This document shows positions 27,234 to 36,577 of a stretch of 64,000 bases of DNA, in pieces. The notes under the pieces are model-generated. The model had not been told where the DNA came from. It worked only from the letters and a program-made list of their open reading frames with translations, and searched no databases. Every line of letters begins with the position of its first letter. Positions within the stretch are counted from its first letter, which is position 1. The DNA is taken from assembly GCA_903916735.1 (NCBI GenBank), contig CAIWXX010000120.1, positions 1,374-65,373 on the forward strand, written 5' to 3'. This DNA comes from an uncultured Acidobacteriota bacterium. GTDB lineage: Bacteria; Acidobacteriota; CAIWXX01. A program made the translations under genes and the position numbers.

Positions 27234-28952
27234 CTACCTCACTGTCTCTCTCAACACTTCTTCAATGCTCGTCATTCCGTCGCGGATTTTGGCAAGACCG
27301 CTGCCGCGCAGCGTAATCATTCCCTCTTCAACGGACTTCTTTCGGATCTCCATGGCGGAGGCCCCGACCAGGATGAGGTCTCGAATATCATCGCTGATCT
27401 CCATAACTTCAAAGAGGGCAACCCGCCCTCGATAGCCGGTATTGTTGCAGTCGTGACAGCCTTTCGGGCGATACGTGCGAATGATCCTCGCCTCCTCCGG
27501 CGTGAATCCAATATCGATAAGAGCCTGAGGCGGCGTGTAAACCTCTTCCTTGCATCGCGCGCAGAGCCGGCGAATCAGGCGCTGCGCGGCGATCAGAAGC
27601 ACGGATGTAGCGACCAGAAAGGGTTCAATGCCCATATTCATCAGGCGGCTGATCGTCGACGGCGCATCGTTGGTATGAAGGGTTGAAAGCACTAAGTGGC
27701 CAGTCAATGCCGCCTTAACCGCAATCTCAGCCGTTTCGAAATCCCGAATCTCTCCGACCAAGACGATGTTCGGATCCTGCCGGAGGAAGCTCCGGAGCGC
27801 GGCTGCAAAATTCAGCCCAATCTGGTCCTTCATCTGAACCTGATTGATCCCCACCATGTTGTATTCAACCGGATCCTCAGCCGTCATGATATTGGTTTCA
27901 GTGGTGTTGATTCGAGATATCGCCGAATAGAGCGTGTTCGTTTTTCCACTCCCGGTCGGGCCTGTGACAAGGACCATCCCATAGGGCTTTGTGACGGCAT
28001 GCTCGAACTTGCGAAGGGACTCGGGTTCGAACCCGAGTTTCGTCATATCGAGCTTCAGGTTCTCTTTGTCCAGGAGCCGCATGACGATTTTTTCGCCGAA
28101 AAGCGTCGGTAGACAACTAACGCGTAAATCAATTTCTTTCAGCCGGTTGTCCTTCTTGGCTTTCATCTTGATGCGGCCATCTTGAGGAAGCCGCTTCTCC
28201 GCGATATCCATCTTGGCCAGGATTTTGACACGGTTCGTGATCGAATCCCGCATACGCATCGGCGGATTCATGACGACATAGAGAATTCCATCGATGCGGT
28301 AGCGGACGCGGAATTCCCTTTCAAATGGTTCGATATGAATATCAGATGCGCCTCTCTTAAGCGCATCTGTCAAAATAAGATTCACCAGTTGGATGACCGG
28401 CGCGTCTTCTGAAGCTTTCGTCAAGCTTTCAAGATCGATCTGCTCCTGCTCGGCATCCATCACCTCGACATTGGACTCCTCTGCCAGCGCCACTTTGTCG
28501 AGTACCTTTTTCACCTCGAGGTCCGTGCTCGTGCCGTAATACTTGTCCAGTGATGCCCGTATGGCCGACTCGGATGCCACGACAGGCTCAACATTGTAGT
28601 TGAGCATGAACTTGATGTCTTCGATAGCAAACAGATTCGTCGGGTCGGCCATTGCGATCGTGAGCGTCCCCCCCGTCTTATTGATCGGGATAACCTGGTA
28701 CTTCATTGCCGTCTCGGGAGGAAGGATCTTAATAACAGAAGGGTCGATTTCGAAAAGCGAGAGATTAATCGAAGGATATCCGTACTGGCGGCTCAGAACA
28801 CTCGTGATATCCTCCTCGGAGACATAGCCAAGACGAACGAGCGTTGACCCAAGCTTGCCGCCGACCTGTCGCTGAGTTTCCAGTGCTTTGTCGAGTTGCT
28901 CCTTCGTGATGAGATTTTCTCTCATCAGAAGATCGCCAATCTTTAGTGCCAT
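27234..28952 (-). CDS. pilB: Type IV pilus assembly ATPase
   Basis: N-terminal MshEN-like segment, ASDIHIEP, GPTGSGKT, LRQDP, CxxC...CxxC zinc motif. Confidence 0.97.
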   Translation of the reverse strand: MALKIGDLLMRENLITKEQLDKALETQRQVGGKLGSTLVRLGYVSEEDITSVLSRQYGYPSINLSLFEIDPSVIKILPPETAMKYQVIPINKTGGTLTIAMADPTNLFAIEDIKFMLNYNVEPVVASESAIRASLDKYYGTSTDLEVKKVLDKVALAEESNVEVMDAEQEQIDLESLTKASEDAPVIQLVNLILTDALKRGASDIHIEPFEREFRVRYRIDGILYVVMNPPMRMRDSITNRVKILAKMDIAEKRLPQDGRIKMKAKKDNRLKEIDLRVSCLPTLFGEKIVMRLLDKENLKLDMTKLGFEPESLRKFEHAVTKPYGMVLVTGPTGSGKTNTLYSAISRINTTETNIMTAEDPVEYNMVGINQVQMKDQIGLNFAAALRSFLRQDPNIVLVGEIRDFETAEIAVKAALTGHLVLSTLHTNDAPSTISRLMNMGIEPFLVATSVLLIAAQRLIRRLCARCKEEVYTPPQALIDIGFTPEEARIIRTYRPKGCHDCNNTGYRGRVALFEVMEISDDIRDLILVGASAMEIRKKSVEEGMITLRGSGLAKIRDGMTSIEEVLRETVR

Positions 28953-28987
28953 AGTTTAAGCAGACTTACCCATCAATATTTGCGCTA

Positions 28988-29017
28988 ATCTTATGAGACC
29001 AACATGAGTGTTGTCAA
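28988..29017 (-). promoter_or_regulatory. Putative sigma70 promoter of pilB
   Basis: Minus strand TTGACA-N18-TAAGAT 35 nt upstream of the ATG. Confidence 0.55.
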
Positions 29018-29368
29018 GGGGATGCGATCTTTGAGGCACTGCATCACCAGGTTTAGATCAGCTCTTATTTAAGATGATGTCGATTGAGCCGAGTCGAAAT
29101 GAGAGATGGAAGAAATAAAGGCAAATAACGCTACCGCACAATGCGCAGCATTCGCTGCTTTTCATTCCAATCCTTCTGTTTCGCAAGTACCTGTGTAAAC
29201 AGTTTTCGGTTGTGTGAGGCTGGATAAAGCGAATTCCCGATTGACAGAGTAGCCATCGGGGCGCTAATCTTCTTTGGAGTATCATTGGAATTAATAAAGT
29301 TTAAGCCAGGTCGATCCATGATTCCATGAGTTGCGTCGAAGGGACGAGATCGCCTGCTGATTCTGTGA

Positions 29369-31984
29369 ATGGGGGGCTTCTCGATGCGAGCCACAAAAGG
29401 GAAATTCCTTCAGAACGCCGCAGTCATGCTCGCTTTTTCATTGTTTTTCAACTTCATGGCTTGTGGTACAGTTCACGCTCTCGATCCCAATCGGGACATA
29501 TTGCAATACTGCCTGGATTTGTGGGGCTCAGAGCAGGGCCTCCCGCAGAATACCGTCACATCCATTCTGCAGACTCGCGATGGGTATCTCTGGTTGGGAA
29601 CACAAGAAGGGCTTGTCCGCTTCGATGGCGTGCAATTCACGGTCTATGACCGGGGGAATACGGCCGCGTTCGAGAATAATCATGTCCAGGCTCTCTGCGA
29701 GTCGCGCGATGGAAGCCTCTGGATCGGTATTTTCGGTGGAGGTCTGCTTCACTATAAGGGTGGCGCCTTTTCGCGAATGCCAACTGATGACAATTCCATT
29801 TCGAACGTAGACGTCGCCTACATATGCGAGGCGTCTGATGGAGCTATCTGGTACGCCACCAATGCCCTCGGTGTCTACCGATATAAGAATGGCCTTCTTC
29901 GCAGATATACCATTCATGATGGTCTGCCAAGTGATCAGGTGAACTCCCTCCTGATCGACTCACAAGGGGATATCTGGATCGGGACAGTTGCCGGTTTGGC
30001 ATGCATGCGCAATGGGACGGTGGTGAACTACACAACCAGAGATGGCCTCTCCGACAATTCGATTACAGCCCTCTACCAAGATCAACAAGGCATCCTGTGG
30101 ATCGGGACGATGCACGGGCTCAATAGCTTCTGCCGGGGCACATTCTCTTCCTACGGTCCCCGAAAAGGACTCCTGAATGATCTGGTTCGTTGTCTCTATA
30201 TGGATCGCGAAGGCAGCCTGTGGGTCGGCACGAGCGGTGGTGTTTATCGGCTGTGGAATGGACGGTTCGATTCGTTGACCCGAGACTCGGGCTTGCCGGT
30301 AGAGACGATTGATGCTTTCACCGAGGACCAGGAAGGCAGTCTGTGGATCGGAATGGATGGTGGAGGTTTAGGCAGACTTCGCCAGGGCCGGGCCATCACC
30401 TATTCAAATCGCCACGGCCTCTATAATGAAAATATCTACTCCGTTTGCAGCGACGGTGGCGCTGGTCTGTGGGTCGGATCCTCAATCGATGGAAAAATCG
30501 ATCATTTTCAGGGTCTAAGATTCGCGCACGAGAGTCTCAAGGGGGTCGACCCCTCCACGGTCAGAGCACTTCAGTGCGACCGAACTGGTGCCTTATGGTT
30601 TGCAACTGAGCGCGCACTGTATCGCCATGAGAAAGGTCTTGTGCGAGTCTACACATCTCGCGACGGCCTCCCAGCCAGCACCATTCGCTCGATCACGCTT
30701 GATCGTCATGGAACGATCTGGGTGGGCATGGACGGAGGCGGCATCGGCTATCTCGAGAACGGAAAATTCCGCTGCTATACACAGGCGGATGGTCTGGCCG
30801 GAGATGTGATCAGAGCGATTCTTGAGGGCGCTGACGGCTCTTTCTGGATCGGCACGTATAGCGGCTTGAGTCATTTTCAGAACGGCACTTTCCAAAACTA
30901 CACGACGGCGCAGGGGCTTTCCTCAAACCGAGTGCGTTCTCTATATGAAGATCGCGAGGGCACTCTCTGGATCGGCACATATGGCGGTGGTTTGGATCGG
31001 CTGAAGAATGGAAAAATCTCACAATTTACAACACGCGAAGGCCTTTTTAACGACGTCGTCTACCAGATCCTCGAAGATAACAAAGACCGGCTTTGGATGA
31101 GCTGCAACAAGGGAATTTTTTCGGCTAGTAAAAAAGAGTTTGATGCGTTCTGTGCCGGCCAAATCAAACGCATCAACTGCGATGTCTTCAACAAGTCGGA
31201 TGGAATGGGAACCAACGAATGCAACGGCGGAAATCCGGCAGGGTGGAAAACGACTGATGGTAAGATCTGGTTCGTCAGCCTCAAAGGCCTTATCATGATC
31301 GATCCCGACAATCTCTCAACAAACAAACTTCTTCCCCCTGTTGTGATCGAACAGATTGTCGTCGGCGATCAGCGATATGACTCTCAAGCTGTTTCGGTAT
31401 TCCCGCCGGGTGTCCGGCAATTTGAAATTCATTATACGGCCTTGAGCTACCTGGCTCCTGATCGCGTCCGTTTCTCCTATATGCTGGAAGGAGTCGACGA
31501 CAAATGGGTTGATGCCGGCACTCGGCGTGTTGCCTATTACACACGAATTCCACCGGGTGCCTACAGGTTCAGGGTCATCGCGTGCAACAACGATGGCCTT
31601 TGGAATCGCAGAGGGGCTTCAATCCAGGTGAGCCTAGAGCCTCATTTTTACGAGACGCGGCTCTTCTATTTCGCAACAGTCCTGGCTCTCATCACCGGCG
31701 CCGCCTTTCTTGTGGCATTTCGAATCCGGCAACTCAAGCAGCGAGAAAGGATTCTGGAAGCGCGTGTCGATGAAGCTATCAGCAAGATCAAAGTCCTCGA
31801 TGGACTTCTCCCCATCTGCGCCGCATGCAAGAAAATCCGCGATGACCGCGGCTACTGGAATCAGCTCGAAATCTATATTCGGGATCACTCCGAAGCGGAT
31901 TTCAGCCATGGCATGTGCCCCGATTGCGCACGAAAACTTTACCCTGAGCTCTTCAAGTGCGCAGAGGATCAGACGGCTGAATAA
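29369..31984 (+). CDS. Beta-propeller/Y_Y_Y membrane sensor with C-terminal Cys4 domain, no kinase
   Basis: Signal peptide, many Reg_prop repeats (D.EG.LWIGT..GL), Y_Y_Y (YYTRIPPGAYRFRV), TM, then LLPICAACKKIRDD...HGMCPDC. Start may be 29384. Confidence 0.88.
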   Translation: MGGFSMRATKGKFLQNAAVMLAFSLFFNFMACGTVHALDPNRDILQYCLDLWGSEQGLPQNTVTSILQTRDGYLWLGTQEGLVRFDGVQFTVYDRGNTAAFENNHVQALCESRDGSLWIGIFGGGLLHYKGGAFSRMPTDDNSISNVDVAYICEASDGAIWYATNALGVYRYKNGLLRRYTIHDGLPSDQVNSLLIDSQGDIWIGTVAGLACMRNGTVVNYTTRDGLSDNSITALYQDQQGILWIGTMHGLNSFCRGTFSSYGPRKGLLNDLVRCLYMDREGSLWVGTSGGVYRLWNGRFDSLTRDSGLPVETIDAFTEDQEGSLWIGMDGGGLGRLRQGRAITYSNRHGLYNENIYSVCSDGGAGLWVGSSIDGKIDHFQGLRFAHESLKGVDPSTVRALQCDRTGALWFATERALYRHEKGLVRVYTSRDGLPASTIRSITLDRHGTIWVGMDGGGIGYLENGKFRCYTQADGLAGDVIRAILEGADGSFWIGTYSGLSHFQNGTFQNYTTAQGLSSNRVRSLYEDREGTLWIGTYGGGLDRLKNGKISQFTTREGLFNDVVYQILEDNKDRLWMSCNKGIFSASKKEFDAFCAGQIKRINCDVFNKSDGMGTNECNGGNPAGWKTTDGKIWFVSLKGLIMIDPDNLSTNKLLPPVVIEQIVVGDQRYDSQAVSVFPPGVRQFEIHYTALSYLAPDRVRFSYMLEGVDDKWVDAGTRRVAYYTRIPPGAYRFRVIACNNDGLWNRRGASIQVSLEPHFYETRLFYFATVLALITGAAFLVAFRIRQLKQRERILEARVDEAISKIKVLDGLLPICAACKKIRDDRGYWNQLEIYIRDHSEADFSHGMCPDCARKLYPELFKCAEDQTAE

Positions 31985-32159
31985 AAGGGCCAGGGCGCTC
32001 ATTTCGGCCATCGGGGCGCCATTCCCCCATCTCTGTCTTCTTATTCCGGGCTGAATATCGGAGAAAAAACAAAAGGATTTTCGCGTTCAGACGCCCAAAT
32101 CCGAAGAAGCCGGACAGCGTCTTAGTACTTCAGGCCCACGTGGTACACACAGAGACCTT

Positions 32160-32390
32160 TTAGTATCCGACCAGTCAATTCTGTGCACAAGATGGCGAAA
32201 GTTGTAATCAGGCAAAATCGTGAATTCATCTCAGGAAGCCAAGAAGAAAGGAATGCAGGAATGGTTTATGAAACCACAGCTGGTCGATATGAAAATCCGT
32301 TCCTGCTTTTCTCTCTTCCTGCATTCCTGAGAGGTTCAGTAGCAATGGTTATCGAGGCCATCTTGTTTGGTTGATGCTATGCCGCGTTAG
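32160..32390 (+). mobile_element. MITE-like palindromic element, copy A (full length)
   Basis: Aligns by eye with reverse complement of 56382-56610 and 37203-37330; TTAG at both ends; 32-bp imperfect internal inverted repeat. Confidence 0.75.
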
Positions 32391-32537
32391 GGGATCTGTA
32401 TTTATCGGTGTTCATTTGTAGCTCCTTTCCACGGGCGTTTTCCTCTTTGCATTGGGAAATTCGGTTTTTTAGCCGGTGGCGCATCAGGCGTTCTGAAAAA
32501 TCAGATGGTGGTCATGCACCATGCCAGAGGGCTCTCC

Positions 32538-32693
32538 TTGACATAGCCCTCTTCATGGAGAATGATAGTGGTGTGGGAGTTGAGCCCACCCAAGAGGCTC
32601 CATTCCGTCTGGGAGGAGCACTCGCGGAGGTGAATGTTTCGTCAACGCGTTTTTTCACTCCACTCGGCTCGCCGAGGGAGCAGAAAGGATCCC
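32538..32693 (+). promoter_or_regulatory. panB promoter and structured 5' leader
   Basis: TTGACA-N17-AATGAT followed by several hairpins before SD AGAAAGGA. Confidence 0.45.
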
Positions 32694-33566
32694 ATGTCAC
32701 ACCATTTTCAAACTGCACGGATCACCATCAGCGACATCGGCCTCAAGAAAAGGCGCGGCGAAAAAATCATCATGCTGACGGCCTATGATTACCCGACGGC
32801 TCGGGCTCTGGATGAAGCCGGCGTCGACATCCTGCTCGTCGGGGATTCGCTGGGCATGGTCGTTGGGGGCCTCGAATCAACGCTTCCCGTGACCATGGAT
32901 ATGATGGTTTATCACACGAGCATGGTTGCGCGTGGCCGAAAAAAGGCCCTGCTTGTCGGAGACATGCCCTACATGAGCTACCATGTCAGCCGTGCCAGAA
33001 CATTGCACAACGCATCCCGTTTCATCCGCGAAGGCGGCGCCGACGCAATCAAAATCGAGGGAGGACGGAAACGAATCAGAACAATCCGCGCGTTGTTATC
33101 AGCCGAAATCCCTGTCATGGGGCATATCGGTCTCACTCCACAATCGCTCAACATGATGGGCGGGTATCGGGTGCAGGGGAAAACATCGGATGCAGCGCAC
33201 GTGCTGCTTGATGACGCTTTGTACATCCAGGATGCCGGAGTGTTCTCGATGGTGCTCGAAGGCCTTCCAGCGGAGGTCGCTGCAATGATCACGGAAAGGC
33301 TCGACGTTCCGACCATCGGAATCGGGGCGGGGCGCGGATGCGACGGCCAGGTTCTGGTCATCCATGATGTGCTCGGCTTCATCGACAAACCTTCCGCCCG
33401 TTTCGTGAGGAAGTATCGGAACTTCTTCGAAGACATCAAAGAATCGGCACGTGACTTTCGGGCGGATGTCGAGAGCGGTTCGTATCCGTCGGATTCTGAG
33501 TGCTATCATATGGCGCCCGGTCAGACGCCTGAAGGAAAGCAGGCAACCAATGCAGCTGGGGCTTGA
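32694..33566 (+). CDS. panB: 3-methyl-2-oxobutanoate hydroxymethyltransferase
   Basis: MLTAYDY, LVGDSLGM, KIEGG, HIGLTPQ, GIGAG, DGQVLV; start set at the SD-preceded ATG. Confidence 0.97.
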   Translation: MSHHFQTARITISDIGLKKRRGEKIIMLTAYDYPTARALDEAGVDILLVGDSLGMVVGGLESTLPVTMDMMVYHTSMVARGRKKALLVGDMPYMSYHVSRARTLHNASRFIREGGADAIKIEGGRKRIRTIRALLSAEIPVMGHIGLTPQSLNMMGGYRVQGKTSDAAHVLLDDALYIQDAGVFSMVLEGLPAEVAAMITERLDVPTIGIGAGRGCDGQVLVIHDVLGFIDKPSARFVRKYRNFFEDIKESARDFRADVESGSYPSDSECYHMAPGQTPEGKQATNAAGA

Positions 33567-33578
33567 TTCGCAGGAAAC

Positions 33579-34439
33579 ATGATGGAAATCCTGCACACCG
33601 TGGCGCAGATGCAATCCACAGCCGCGCAGGTACACCGCCAAGGGCTCACCCTCGGTTTCGTGCCGACAATGGGATATCTCCATGAAGGACATCTGTCGCT
33701 TGTGCGTGAGAGCCATGCAAAGTGCGACAAGACGGTTGTCAGCATCTTCGTCAACCCCACACAATTTGGACCGAATGAAGATTTTGACCGATACCCACGA
33801 GACATGGATCGGGACAAGCAGTTGCTTGAACTGGAGAAATGCGATTTCATTTTCTACCCGGACGTTCGTGAAATGTATCCAAAGGGAGCAGGGACGTTTG
33901 TCGAAGTCCCGCGGCTTCAGGATGGGCTTTGCGGGCGAAGCCGGCCTGGGCATTTTCGAGGTGTGGCGACGGTCGTCGCCAAACTCTTCAACTCCGTTGA
34001 TCCGGATGTCGCCTTCTTTGGACAAAAGGATGCCCAACAGGTCGTCATCATCAAACGCATGGCCAGGGAGCTGTTTTTTCCGATTGAAATTGTGATCTGC
34101 CCGACATACCGCGAGAAGGATGGGCTCGCAATGAGTTCCCGTAACACATACCTGACAGCATCGGAACGACAGCAAGCCCCGGCGCTCTACCGGGGCCTGC
34201 TGGCAGCTCACGCCCTCTTCACGATGGGCGAAAAGCGATCTGAGAAACTGATTGCGCGCATCCGGCAGGAGCTGGACAGCGCTCAACTGGCACATATTGA
34301 CTATATCGACATCGTCGATGCGGATTCCCTTGAGCCAATGGCTGAAATCACACGGACTGGACTTATTGCGCTGGCTGTCTATGCCGGCAAAACACGTCTT
34401 ATTGATAACATCATTCTCGCCGATGGTCGTCACGCATGA
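33579..34439 (+). CDS. panC: Pantoate--beta-alanine ligase
   Basis: PTMGYLHEGH, SIFVNPTQF, RPGHFRGV, FGQKD, AMSSRN, RLIDN. Confidence 0.97.
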   Translation: MMEILHTVAQMQSTAAQVHRQGLTLGFVPTMGYLHEGHLSLVRESHAKCDKTVVSIFVNPTQFGPNEDFDRYPRDMDRDKQLLELEKCDFIFYPDVREMYPKGAGTFVEVPRLQDGLCGRSRPGHFRGVATVVAKLFNSVDPDVAFFGQKDAQQVVIIKRMARELFFPIEIVICPTYREKDGLAMSSRNTYLTASERQQAPALYRGLLAAHALFTMGEKRSEKLIARIRQELDSAQLAHIDYIDIVDADSLEPMAEITRTGLIALAVYAGKTRLIDNIILADGRHA

Positions 34440-34726
34440 GCGACTCGACGTTTATGAAAGTAAAAATTCACCGCGCCACGCTGTCACGTATGCCGAGCTG
34501 GAATATCAGCAAAGCCTCACGCTTGATTCAAGGCCGATGGACGAAGAGCGGTTGCTGCCATTTGAAAAATAGGAGTCGACAACAGCACTGACGGCGAACG
34601 CTTTGAAACTGACATCATTCCCACGGTCGGCATCAACGGCGCAGCGGCGTGAAAAGCCAAACGGGGAGACATCGTCATCATCGCGGCGTGCGCGCTGCTC
34701 GATGAATCAGAACTCGAAGAGATCGC
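34436..34726 (+). pseudogene. panD: Decayed aspartate 1-decarboxylase
   Basis: Pieces in different frames: MKVKIHRAT / VTYAELEYQQSLTLD..LLPFEK* / GERFETDII..GINGAAA*..GDIVII; two frameshifts and two stops. Confidence 0.9.
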
Positions 34727-36571
34727 TTATTGTGGCAAGGGCAGATGTTTCCGTTTCTCGATCAGATCCATGATCCAGCGTGCCCGGCTCAAGAGTGCAC
34801 GGTAAAAGTCGCTGTAACCGAGTATGACGTCATCCGCCCAGCCAGGGCCGCGTTCGGCGTATTGCAGCCTCTTCATGCGCCGTTCGAAACTCCAAACCGC
34901 CTGTCTTTCCAGAAGAGCGTAGAGATCATAAACACGAGCGTCGGATTTGAGCATGCGGTCCGCATTTTCTAGTTCTTTCAAGGCAGGTTCCATGGTGAGA
35001 TCACTCTTTGCCGGAAGCCGCGACAGCACTGATTCAATAAAACCGGCCGAAGAGGTCACACGAGCCGCGGCAGAACTCATTGTCTGGCTGAACGATGTCG
35101 CATCATGCAGTGGAGTCGCCGGCCGTATTTTCGATACATCGATCGTATCCGATAGGAATTGCCTGAGAGCGGTTGCCAGCGACATCGGCATGGCTGGTTC
35201 GCCCAAAATGCCTCCTTCAGTGGCATTCACAAAACGCACATCGGGACGCATCTGCATCTGCTGCCGGAAATGTGCCGCGAATCCCTGCAGTGCACGACTC
35301 GAATGAGACGGCTGCCCGAAAATGTCAAGGACTTCGATCGGCGCCCAGGCCCGAGTGCAAGCCCACCAATAAGCATCAGGGCTTCCATAGTGAATCATAT
35401 CCTCCAGAAATTTCTCTTCATAGGCCGTCCCGCGGCAGTAAGGATGATGGCAGGCGTAAGAAAGATCCTGCCCGACGAAGATGATTGGATCACCACCAAG
35501 TCTAAGCGCCAGATCAAGGGCACACGTCGAAACCGATCCCCACGCCGAAAGGATGCCCTTGTTGCCGAAAAATTCCAGGAAAAATCGTTGTGGCGCTTCA
35601 TCGAAGGAATACAGCCTGATATCACCGGGATACGTCAGGAAAATGGCGCGCTGAAGCGATAGTTCGCCGACAAGAACAGTCCGCGAGGATGGCAGATCGC
35701 GCAGGTGAACAATATTGGCGGGCAGCGGATCGGCAGCAACAACGATGTGCGGTTCCACCCCGATTCTCAGCAGCGGCTTCATCGCTGTGTCAACAGCAAT
35801 AATGATGGCGCGGTCCGCCACCCGGCGCAGGAGGTGCCCATTGCCATCCAGACTGGGGCCGGCTGATACGACACAGACGGGGCACTTCCTGTACCGGCCG
35901 AACAGATCGGCAGTGCCCGCATACTTGCTGACGAGATCGAGGTTATTGACAACATTTTCGAAAAAGATGGGCGCGTGTGCGATGAGTGTCCTGATATTGC
36001 GAACGCTGTCACGGAGAAATTCCAGAATCGTACGCCCAGCAACAACATAATCCTCAGGAAATAGATCGCGCGAGGGGCCATGTTCCCAGAGAGCCGGCTT
36101 GAGAGGCCGATTCAGAAATGGAATATTTCGGAGCCGGGCGGGGAGTCTCATTGGATCGGCAGCAACAATGGCGACGCAATCGAAGGGGCTGAGCAATCGC
36201 GCCCAATCACAGCGATCAAGAAAACGGGCGAAGAGACCCGGATCCTGCTCAACGATAAGGATGGTCGTTTCAGGCGACAGCCGCGGGAGAAATTTTTCAA
36301 GATGGTACCCGAGCCCGCAACCCAGAAGCACCAGGAGATCTGCTTCGCCCAGATCGAAATCATCGGCCAGCCGCTGTCCTTCCAGCCCTGGGTTGTAAGA
36401 ACTGTGGAGCAGAATTTCACGATCCCCGATGGTATAGGCAACCGTGGGCTCGCCATTACGTGCTGATATGATCGAGACACCTTCGCCTGCCCGATCGATT
36501 TCTGCGAGAGGCGGCAGGCAAGAAGATGCCGTCGCGAAAAAATCATAGTTGCGTCGAAAAAAGGCTCGCAT
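34727..36571 (-). CDS. Motility-associated factor (Maf/DUF115, MptE-like) family protein
   Basis: LHSSYNP, GCGLGYH, VVSAGPSL, IAVD, GSVSTCALDLA..LGGDPIIFVGQDLSY, NATEGG. Confidence 0.82.
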   Translation of the reverse strand: MRAFFRRNYDFFATASSCLPPLAEIDRAGEGVSIISARNGEPTVAYTIGDREILLHSSYNPGLEGQRLADDFDLGEADLLVLLGCGLGYHLEKFLPRLSPETTILIVEQDPGLFARFLDRCDWARLLSPFDCVAIVAADPMRLPARLRNIPFLNRPLKPALWEHGPSRDLFPEDYVVAGRTILEFLRDSVRNIRTLIAHAPIFFENVVNNLDLVSKYAGTADLFGRYRKCPVCVVSAGPSLDGNGHLLRRVADRAIIIAVDTAMKPLLRIGVEPHIVVAADPLPANIVHLRDLPSSRTVLVGELSLQRAIFLTYPGDIRLYSFDEAPQRFFLEFFGNKGILSAWGSVSTCALDLALRLGGDPIIFVGQDLSYACHHPYCRGTAYEEKFLEDMIHYGSPDAYWWACTRAWAPIEVLDIFGQPSHSSRALQGFAAHFRQQMQMRPDVRFVNATEGGILGEPAMPMSLATALRQFLSDTIDVSKIRPATPLHDATSFSQTMSSAAARVTSSAGFIESVLSRLPAKSDLTMEPALKELENADRMLKSDARVYDLYALLERQAVWSFERRMKRLQYAERGPGWADDVILGYSDFYRALLSRARWIMDLIEKRKHLPLPQ

Positions 36572-36577
36572 GCAATA

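Noticed and set aside
29500-31300. Recurring CTCTGGATCGG-like motifs
   Set aside because: Coding repeats of beta-propeller blades (LWIGT), not an array.
32183-32374. Short ORFs inside the repeat copies (also 37118-37315 and 56447-56686)
   Set aside because: Frames and strands differ between copies; by-products of the element.
33099-34433. 444-aa minus-strand ORF
   Set aside because: Antisense to panB/panC; expected in GC-rich coding DNA.
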